From NCBI GenBank assembly GCA_964035545.1, contig OZ037765.1:22195504-22259503 (forward strand): DNA of 64,000 nucleotides, read 5' to 3'. The DNA is from Bugula neritina (Eukaryota > Animalia > Bryozoa). The notes beneath the pieces are model-generated. The model did not search any database. It saw only the letters and a list, made by a program, of their open reading frames with translations, and had not been told where the DNA came from. Every line of letters starts with the position of its first letter. Position 1 is the first letter of the stretch. Both the position numbers and the translations under genes were made by a program. Shown here piece after piece: positions 43,387-64,000 of this stretch.

Positions 43387-45678
43387 TTGAGAAAAATAAA
43401 AAGACAAAAGGTGAAATTTTACTCCTTATCTCAAGATTTTAGGAGTTGAAAAGTTGTGATTAATATTATATCTATCACAAACAAAACCATCCTACCTTTT
43501 AGCTTGCATGCTTCATATAATATTTGTAGTAATAGAAAATCAAAATTGATGGTCACGTTTTAACAATTTTGTTATAACGTAAGTGTAAAGCATTTAAAAC
43601 AGATTTAATAATTATGTAAATAACAATAATTTTTATTCAAAATTGATTTTTATTACAAAATTATTGAACCTATATTTTTATTTTCCTTTCATATCCTTAT
43701 AAAATCTTATATTATTTTTGGTTTTATGTAACGTATCTTAGCAAGTCCATCTTGCACATGACTCATGGTAATTGTTGCTAGTAACAGTTTAAATATTTTA
43801 TATTTTGCACAGCCTCAAAGTATAGGGCAGTTAGAGCATTTATATTAGGAAATTCTGTCCCTCCAAGGTGCTATCATATGCACAGTATATTGCATTATAT
43901 TTTTCATATTACTGCTGGCAATGCAAGTAATTAAAAATAAAAAATTATGTTATATGTTTCCAAAATGATGTGCTTGATTTCTTTGTTAGTGCGAATTACT
44001 TGAGAGTTTGCTCAGCAAATCAGTTACTCTTGTAAGTTGTTTATGAGATTGACTTTTGCCATTGGCTGTTTATTCTTCTGTTAAGAGTTTAGCTAAGAAA
44101 AATATCAAAAGGGTAAAGAAATTGGCTGTTAGTATATACAAATGTTGATACAAATAATGGCATCCTATAGTCCACACCTGTCATGAGCTTAATGCACACC
44201 AAACACTGATATAAGTGTGAATTGCATATCAACATTGTAAACTTTAACAAAAAACTGCAGGGGATCAAATGTCAAGCAATTACATCTCATCAGCTTATAA
44301 TAACACCAGTTATAATAACATACAGCTTGCATACCTTTCAACTTAGTGCTGTATGAAAAAACATGCTAACATTGTATCATTGTGCCCCTTTACAATGAAA
44401 CTAAGCTAATGTGCTCTAATTAAAAATCAAATAACATCATTGAAACTATATGGGAAGAGTAATTAGCAGTACAAGCAACTGATTTTTGGCTCTTTGTCAT
44501 TATCTATAGTGAAAGCAGTTGTCAAAATAATTGTAAACATGTTTAGATAAATTTTTATCCACATGTGTCTGAAAAGAGGCAACACGCCTTTTGTGATGTT
44601 AAGGATTTGCTAAAGACGCGTGCTACTGGCTATACCGACTGCGCATAGAGGGGCAGGTGTGAAAGAACGTCTTTAGAGTTCTCCACTTCAATCATACTTA
44701 TTCACACATTTACCTCCTCTTAAAACTGTGTATACATCAATCCTTTCAAAATATGACGTTTAGTGTGTTACCATTCTAATATGTCATCTAGGTTGAGTGG
44801 CACTGCCACACTACAACAATGTATCTTTGCTATGCATTTCTAAGGCTATGAACGGTAAGCAGCTGATGAACATTTATTAGAAAGCAGCTTATTTGAATAA
44901 TAAAGATACAGTGGGATATAACAATCTCTTATTTTATATTGACACCGTCGGCTGGCAAAAATAGCCACACAATAAAACTCTTTAGCACATGTAATCCGGA
45001 TGCTCTAGTATCTCCGCACAGCTTCTGTTTCAACAAATCTCTTTCATTAAACCAAATTCAATACTTTGCAAGCTGCCAAAATGTATACATAATTTATTAA
45101 GATAATTCTTCAAGTTTTTCTTTGGTGAAGTAATGGTTCCTAGAGAGTTGTTATTGCCTTAATAGGCTTCTTGAATATCTAATGGTATGTAAATATTAAT
45201 TTAACACATTTTTACACAACTATCCGTTCAATCAATACAAGAAAAACATCATTCAGCATTTTTCTATCAACTCTATCTTTTGAAAAGTTGCAATTTGATG
45301 TGTTTTAATCAATAAATAAAGGATTTGTAAACTAGATATGCGAGAATGCTTCCGTTACATTCTATTTTACGTGTCATATGCTGTGTAAATTGTAAACCCA
45401 TCCTAATTTCCAATATCCTCATCGGGTATAATTGTAATAGTATCTTACTCATTATTCATTTTCCTGAATTTTGCATGAATTCAAAATAAATCCAAAGAAA
45501 CTCTAAAAGCCTTTTTGTATGGATGTTTTGTTTGTTTTTTGATACAGTTAGCCAGTTTCAATGTTTAGTTGAATAAACATGGAAGATCAATTGCTTTTAT
45601 TGTGTTTGGTGGTTTGATTTGAATGACACATCAGTATGCGTTGTTCTCTGCAACTGGTCTTTTGAAACTCAACACTTT

Positions 45679-45860
45679 ATTGGTTAATGCTGATTGGCTG
45701 ACTGCTCGCAGTAGCTGACTTATTCAAATAATACGTGCTTATCTTCTTTTTATATATCATGTTATTGGGCTAATCTGCCTGTTAAAATAACAACAAACAG
45801 AGGGTGGTCGCAAGCCGCATATAAATTCTCCTTTTTTTAAACATAAAGTCATTTCAGTAT
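45679..45860 (+). promoter_or_regulatory. FoxL1 core promoter: reverse CCAAT boxes, Gli-like site, TATA box and Initiator
   Basis: ATTGG at 45679, 45693, 45764; AGGGTGGTC at 45801-45809; TATAAA at 45820-45825; Inr-like TCATTT at 45849-45854 with its A 31 nt after the TATA T; ATG at 45881. Confidence 0.65.
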
Positions 45861-45880
45861 TCACTCGTTGGTCAGTAACC

Positions 45881-47250
45881 ATGACTTCTCCAGCATCTCT
45901 AGTTGGTTCAGACTTGAGGTTTCCCCCTTTTCCTTCAGCAGTGATGTCAGCATATAACCCGTATATGCTCGAGTATAATCGTTATGCGTTGCAAATGCTT
46001 GCCGACATGAAGCAGAGAGAGCAACCACAGAAACCTCCGTACAGCTACATCGCACTCATTGCCATGGCGGTAAAAAGTGCCCCAGACAGAAAAATAACTC
46101 TCAATGGTATATACCAATTTATCATGGACAGGTTTCCATACTACCATGATAATAAACAGGGCTGGCAAAACTCAATTAGACACAATCTAAGCCTTAATGA
46201 CTGCTTCATGAAGGTCGCTAGGGAAAAAGGAAAACCTGGTAAAGGAAATTATTGGACTCTCGACCCAAAATGTGAAGACATGTTTGAAAATGGCAACTAC
46301 AGACGGAGGAAAAGAAGAACAAAAGCGGGAGGAAGTGAAGAAGCTGAAAGTGATGATGCAGCCTCCTTTACTGAAGACCATGAGCTCTCAAACGAACTCT
46401 CCAATGATACTACAGGTAAGCTGGTGATAAAATATCACTCAATCTAGTAAGAGAACTATTATGATTTTTAATGTAAATTTATATTCAGGTTAAGCATAGA
46501 ATCTGTGAAAAGATCTGCTACATTATTTACATATTCACTATTTATCTTTAATCACACATTTTTCTAATTCTAAAACTTATGTTTCGATCACTTCTTTAAC
46601 AACTGAGTTGTGAAAAATGCAAATTTTTGCTTTTTAAATAGCAGAATATATTGTTGTAAACTTGAACCAAGCTATATTATAATTTCAAGGAGTTTTTGCT
46701 TTAACTTTTAGTGTTTAGCGCTGGTGAGCCAGTAGAATTCCTAGAAGCTGAGTCAGTGCAGCCAGCTTTGGAAGTAAACCTATCAGATAAAGAAACTTCT
46801 CCTGATCCTTCTTTCACGCCTGCAGTGACTAAAGAAACAGATGAAGGACAGCAGCAAATTAAAACTGGAGACAGCATCATCTCTTCACCATCAGTGAGTA
46901 GAAAAAGAAACGCCTTTAGCATAGACAACATCATAAATGGTATGGACAATTCTAGTGAGTCTGAAGATTTGTTATCACCGCAGGCTAAAAAACAGAAACC
47001 TACTAATATATTTGACTCTATACCTAGCCCTCCTCCTAAAATAACAGACTTTCATAGTCGAACCATGATGGGTATGCCAGGCTTTCCAGCACCAATATAT
47101 AATCCATTTCTGTTGAATCATTTCGCCACAAGAACTCCAGCTTCGTTACCAACAGCTAGCCAAAGGTCATCATTGGGCTTTATTCCTATGATGCCTCCTT
47201 TCATACCTCCCAGTTTGTCAAGTTTTCATGGGCCTCAGTCAATATTGTAG
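45881..47250 (+). CDS. FOXL1: Forkhead box transcription factor FoxL1; 2 coding exons, ~357 aa
   Basis: Exons 45881-46415 and 46712-47250 (phase 1 GT-AG intron). Forkhead domain [14 protein letters not shown]...[73 protein letters not shown]; YHDN.QGW, REKG.PGKG and [10 protein letters not shown] point to FoxL1. C-terminal eh1 motif FSIDNII. Confidence 0.92.
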
Positions 47251-50200
47251 TACTTTTCTTTGATACTATTTTGTTTTATATAATAAACCTGTCTTATTTT
47301 TATAATCTATATTTTGTAGTTTTTAACAGATTTTTTGAAACTGATAGAGCATATGACATTACTGAATCAATGTTGTAGTATTTTGTTGATTGTAATATAA
47401 GTTTGCACAATAAATCTATGGCTGACTGTGAAACTTATTGTATTTGCTTTTAGCAAATTTATTTTGACAGCTACTGTAATAACATTTTATTCTTTTTCTC
47501 AAGTCATTAGTAGACTATTCAATACTACTTTTTATTAGCCTAATGTTTGACTTATTCCTGCGACATATCCATTGCACTGTTAGGTATTTATTTAATACCT
47601 GCTGCTATTATGCCTTCACCAAGCTGACAACGTTAATTGCTTTTGATAACGTTTGCCTTTTATTGAAATCTATGGCCCATCCAAAAGACAATATACAAGG
47701 TTTTGTAATAAGAAATAGTCAATATTTTTGACACAACACAACACTTAGGATTGTCAACAAGTTATGTTTGTTTCTCTTAAAAGACTGTAAAATGTCACAA
47801 CATCAATAAACAAAGAAATTGAAAGGACTTGACTAATGATATTTATTTACGATCACACTGAACATTGACACTGTAAATGATATTTCATACAATTATAAAA
47901 AATAGATGTTGGCAATATTGACAAGCACTAATGGTATTAATTAATTAAGCCACAACTTAAACTAATTTTACTTTCTTGCTCTTTCTTGTGTGTATTCAAA
48001 ACTGGTGTGTAAAAAACCACCTGTTTAACCAGAATGTGCTTTAAATTGGACTATTAGAGAAACCTTCAAGTAGCCCCAAAATTTGACAACTCTATAGCAA
48101 ACTAGAACTACTTGTCTTTTATTCAATGAACCTTAATCACCGTTTCAGTGCAATACACACTTCAAATTCTTTTCATTCAAATTACATTTGCTACAGTTTA
48201 ATTAGTAAATATGCATTGCATTCACAGTTATCCTCATGCCTTTTGCCTGACATCTATTTAGCCATTGAATTATGAATATATTATTTTAGTTGGTTATAAT
48301 CGGTCGCATAGATAAATAGAAGTGGCAAAATTTTTGCTGAACAAACAAGCAAAAGGTTTTAAACATTTTTGTTTGTTTGATAGAGAAATAGTTTAATTAA
48401 GAAATTATAGACCACTTTGCCAACTACCTCAGCTAATGTTACAAAATTATATATAACTATGCTGCCTGTTTCCATGATGCCTGACCTTCTTCGATTTAAG
48501 ACGTTATTGTTGGGCTTGAAAAGTTACTGCTGAACTAAGATGTCTTTTGATAACCAAAACTGCTACCCACTGAGTTACACCTGCTTTCTTGCCAACTTGT
48601 ATGTTATGCTTTCATTTTTTAGACAAACAGCCTTAATAAATGAACACAGCCTAATTAATGCAAATTACATACTTAAATTTAATTTGCTATCACCTGTATT
48701 TCATTTATGCAAGTTGAATAAACTGTACAACACATACTATAGTAATTTTAAATAGATTAGAGCTAAAGGCTTAGTTTTTATACAAAAAATTATAATAATA
48801 ATATATTTGAGCAAATAATTTGGTCAAATAATTTACTATAATATGTTGAGTAGTTTGTTGCTTCATCTTTAGACTATCTGCCACCATCTGCACTAGTATT
48901 ATAATACGATGTAATGCTATAATTATACATTATAAAGTAATTTTTAATAATATCAAGTGAATATTTTAAATAACATGTGAAAGTGTTTATTGCTCAAAGG
49001 AAGAATTTAATAAGCATGAAGTGCAATAACAGGAACAAAATGTTATCTTGGTATATTATTATAAAATATTTTTTATGATAAAATGCTTACAACAATTTCA
49101 TCATTTGATAACGATTTAATACCACTAACCACTGCAAATTCATTTATACTTTTGGAAAAGTCTACATTCAATAACTGTAATGCCATTAGTGACCTTCATG
49201 ATTACCTAAATTTTTAATTTAGTAATTTGTAATCCCAATACTGTTTTCTCCTATCAAACCTCTGCGTTCATACTTTTCAAGAAATATAAAGAAACAACAT
49301 GCAATCTCATTGCATGCAGCTGCATCATCAACTAGCTAACTCCAAAGTTGCGTCTTTTTGTTGTGATTCACAATAACTAAATTCTTCATGCCATAATCCG
49401 ATACATTTTTGTCTTTTCTTTTCAATTATGTTGTAAATATAAAGTTATTGATGAAGTAAACATTAAGAATTTTGACTTGTTGATTTAGAAGCTAGAAGTA
49501 TTGATGAGACTGGGTACATGCAATTGATGATGCTGTTTGCATTTCTCTCATTGGCAATATAGCAAACTATCATTATTGGCAGTTGCAATTTTTGACGATA
49601 CATGAACAAGTTTAAATAAACACTAGAACCGGATCTTAGAACCAGGAATCTGTTAGTTTTAAATTTAAAAGTATAACAATTGTTACCAATATATAAAGAA
49701 TTCTTATTAGTTAACTCACGATGTTGTAGAGCCAAACTTTATATCTTGTTACATATTTTTTAAGATGCACAATGATATGAAAGCTAACATATTAACTTAA
49801 TTCAGCAATAATAGCTATGATGTCTTTTTAGCCACAAGCGTAAACATTTACAAACAGTATAATTATTACATCAACACATTTATAGATGTATTGAATAAAG
49901 CTACAAATTTTTAGTCAAAATATATCGATTAAATAAACATTAATGTAAACATAATGTTATTAGGAGCATTTAATGGTTAGATACCATAAAACTAAAATAA
50001 AGCTTATCATATTTCCACGATCATTTTTAAGCTCTTCTAATTAATAAAAATTTTAGCCTTTTTATTAGTATCAATTTATATGTCTTAAAGCCACAAGACT
50101 GTGAAGAGCAAACGCATATCAAACAAAGCACATGTGTACAAATTAAAGTAATTACTTCTAGAATTTCAGAAGCGGTGTTTAATGTACATATTTTGTGCAA

Positions 50201-51403
50201 GAATATTTTTTGTAAAACAACAGCAGGTTGGCTTAGAGTTTGAACAGTGTAATTTCACTTATATTTCAGGTATATTCAAGTGTTTATACTGCCGTGCTAA
50301 GCAAGCATGTTCATCACATTATATTTAAAAAAAGTGGCCAACTATTTAGTTAGTGTTTTTGGCAATGTCCTTAGGCACAATAGAACAGCTTTGATATATC
50401 ATGCTGATTTTAGCCATGTTAATAGCTTTTAATTGTCCTGTTATTTCACTGGGTTCTTTTGCTCTTCACTCCCTCTTCCATTCAATTAAGAAAGTTTAAA
50501 GCAAACAACCGAGTGGTGACATGACAAATAGCATTATTTCTAATGTAAATTTCAATGTTTAATTTGCAGTAGATATCGTATTCATTATTTGTCAAATACA
50601 TTTTTCACTATTAACAGATACAAAGCAATGATTTGTGCAAAATAAATGCAGCTGTGTGCGAGTCATGTGTTTAGCCTACTAGTGTTGATATAAAATATTT
50701 TAAAGTGCTCCTTGGAGTTTTAAAATTCACATGCAAATGTGTCAAATGCTCCAAGCTCTAGTATTTAAATATAAGTCAAGTTACGCAAACTCTAATGTTA
50801 CAAAGCCTCCAGTATTTCTTTTAAGTTACATTTTTACTCGTATTACTTATTGCTTTCTTCCAATTTGCCATTATGCATTTATTTATATTCTCATATAACC
50901 AATTACACAATTCAAATGAAATCATCTAATGAATAACATATATCAATTTAATGCCTTATATTTTAATAGCCCTAAAAATGTCTCCCACAGACTAGTTTTT
51001 TGATAATATATAACATGTGAATTGCGTGATGGCCATAGAGAATCTAAAGTGCTTACTGCACAATATATATAGATACTTCTTGCCCCATATAATAAACATT
51101 TTAATAAGCATAATATAGGTAATGCCTTTGTTTAAAAAGTATGAAAATATTCAAATTAACGAGAATCTAAAATCACAAAGCACTCCCACTAATTGTAAGC
51201 ATTAATAGAGCATTATTAGTATATATGCAGGCTAGCAATATCTCCGTTGAATTTTTGCAAATTTGCCGCTATAATCTGTGCCATTCTCTCTATAACAAGC
51301 TATGCAGTGCTCTGTTTATATCAATCAGTGTTTTAAATAAATCTAAGGTTTAAAATAAAATTTGATTTGAACTTTGGTGCAAGTCAAATTATATATACGT
51401 ATA

Positions 51404-51627
51404 CAGGGATGTAGTGGCAAAAATATTCTAGGCCATACTCTCAGGCTGGGGGTCCAGGGGGCCAGCGAAATTTATGATATTCTCAGTGAGGATGCCTTAA
51501 CTATCCTGTGCACTAATCATCAGTAATACTTTGAAAAATATGCCCATACGGGCGTATGGCCAAGAACAGCCTATTTTCTTCTAGGCCATACGGCGTATGG
51601 GACCGTATGGGTACCACTACATCCCTG
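51404..51627. mobile_element. Non-autonomous hAT MITE, 224 bp
   Basis: Perfect 14-bp TIRs cagggatgtagtgg / ccactacatccctg; 8-bp TSD TACGTATA at 51396-51403 and 51628-51635; internal ccatac/gtatgg subrepeats. Confidence 0.92.
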
Positions 51628-52623
51628 TACGTATATATATGCATTTTTGATAGTTGTAAGTTTTGCTACCATATAGATAAATAGCAAGTTTTTACTTGTG
51701 AATGTTCCAACTATATAAGAACTTCTGAACATATTATTTGTATCAAGTCACCTCACAAGCATGGCTAAAAAGTTATCCAACATTCATAATCAATATTAAA
51801 ATAATATATTCTTATAGTTTTGTAATTATCATGCTTCTTTGATTAGAAGAACATTAAACCTAAACACACCAATTCTTGTTACACTGAAAGAACGGGATCT
51901 TTATATGTTAGAATGCTCAGAGCAGCTAAAATTAAATTTGTGTCATATTTAATTGTAATGCTTCTAGAATTTAAGTCAAGATGTGATGTTTCCAGCTACT
52001 GTACTTGATACTGTTAGTATAGTACCACCTGAAAATGGCCACTGGGCAATTTAATGGCTACAGATTGAAATTTTACTTGCTATGCTAGACATGACATACG
52101 ATAAAAAGCAATTCTAACTTAAAAACTATCATTTAAAATACTCAATCCATCACACAGCTGCAAATTAGTTAAGAACATCCACATTTATTTTGCTTTACCA
52201 TGAGCACAGAAAGTAAACTTATGACAGTAGAAAATAGTAAAGGAGAAACACCTCAGATTCCAATAGAAACTAATAAGACAGATATTTTATATATTTTTAT
52301 GTAATAAGCTGAAATGGATAAAATAAATATAGTGAAAAGAGTATCACAGAAAGTACACATTGATTGTTCTAATGTGTAGGTATAAAACTTGTGAGATATA
52401 ATTGCTACGCGTGCGGATATATACGTACAAGTATACGATCAACTATCTAAGAGCATGTAGATTAATTGACATGCTTGTATTAATACTACGTTCTGTAATA
52501 ACTAGTAAGGATAACCTTATGATGGAATGAGAAAAATCAGAGTATGAAATCAGCAGAGAAATTATCTTCTTAAATGCACAATACTGGACTAGCATGTAAA
52601 CAACTATTCTGGGAATATCATGC

Positions 52624-63153
<10,530 letters not shown>

Positions 63154-63640
63154 TTTTCTCAGCAACAAATAGCAACTGTAAGAGATAGCCATATAATGTA
63201 GAGCCATTAAATTGTGGCATGGCCAGCTTTTTTTATTTTTCCTTGGGTATTGCATGCAAGATTATTTCATAAGCTGCTGAACAATGGTAGGGTCTGATGA
63301 GGTAACATTGATCAACAGTAGCCTGATCAAAGTGAGAGCACTCATACACAGTATCTTATGAGATTACAATATACAGTGCAAAGGAAAACTTTGAGCTTTT
63401 AACTATAACAAAATCATCATCTTTATTTTCGGTTTGAAAGTTTAACATAAAACGGCTTCTAACTATCAACCGCAATTATTTTATAAGAAGTCTATCCAAA
63501 CAAATTTAAGCTTAAACAACTACATCCGGTGCAAGAAAGATAAGGTACAAAGGAAATTTCACAATAACAACAAATAATCAATTTTATCTCATCAAACAGA
63601 GGGCATTAGTTTTGTAGCTCCTATTACTATGCAAGTTGAT

Positions 63641-63682
63641 AATTATCAATTAAATTGATATTTATCAATTTAATTGATAATT
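63641..63682. repeat. Perfect inverted repeat, 20-bp arms with 2-nt spacer, upstream of GMDS
   Basis: aattatcaattaaattgata-tt-tatcaatttaattgataatt. Confidence 0.9.
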
Positions 63683-63769
63683 TAAAAAAGTAATCACATA
63701 ATAAATAACGATCATTAATCTAAATCAAAATGCCGATTAGACCTGCCAATGTTTATATTTATATAACCA

Positions 63770-64000
63770 TATTCAATATTGATATTCAATTTTACAGTCA
63801 CCGAGTTAGCCACGGTCACGTTGATACTCACAGTCATAATCAAACTGACACTAAAACAGTCATACTCAACCACAACTCAGCCTTTAGTTGTGGCTTGTAG
63901 TAATAGTAATAAATCATATTATATATTGAATTTGATAGCCCTAGTACTAGTAAAAACACACTTAAAGTTAGTAACAGTTACTCAGTCTTATTCACTATCT
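63770..64000. repeat. Degenerate 6-bp-periodic tract upstream of GMDS
   Basis: gatactcacagtcataatcaaactgacactaaaacagtcatactcaaccacaactcagcc...; same actcat/agtcat style as 22850-23130. Confidence 0.7.

Noticed and set aside
45861-46949. Antisense ORFs over FoxL1
   Set aside because: Shadow ORFs of a GC-richer coding sequence, with no recognisable motifs.

Overview
AT-rich, intron-containing animal genomic DNA, probably an invertebrate bilaterian (inference from gene content and divergence). Manual splicing with GT-AG junctions and consistent phases gives seven complete protein-coding genes: a PX-domain protein with an acidic tail (+, 7553-11393), TPGS2 (-, 15224-20603), Erlin (+, 25292-28752), PTRH2 (-, 29142-30877), ANAPC7 (+, 33275-43386), FoxL1 (+, 45881-47250) and GDP-mannose 4,6-dehydratase GMDS (-, 52624-63153). 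Also present: three hAT-type MITEs with perfect 8-bp target-site duplications, a mariner-like end with a nested foldback element, 22-bp and 23-bp minisatellites and several palindromes. Most notable: (1) the FoxL1-GMDS tail-to-tail pair, an apparent relic of the ancient FoxQ1-FoxF-FoxC-FoxL1 cluster linkage, with a Gli-like site in a TATA/Inr FoxL1 promoter; (2) degenerate 6-bp-periodic tracts at the 5' regions of the housekeeping genes; (3) the SH3-less PX protein. No rRNA, tRNA or CRISPR array was seen. Family assignments come from recalled motifs, not database searches, and coordinates were counted by hand.
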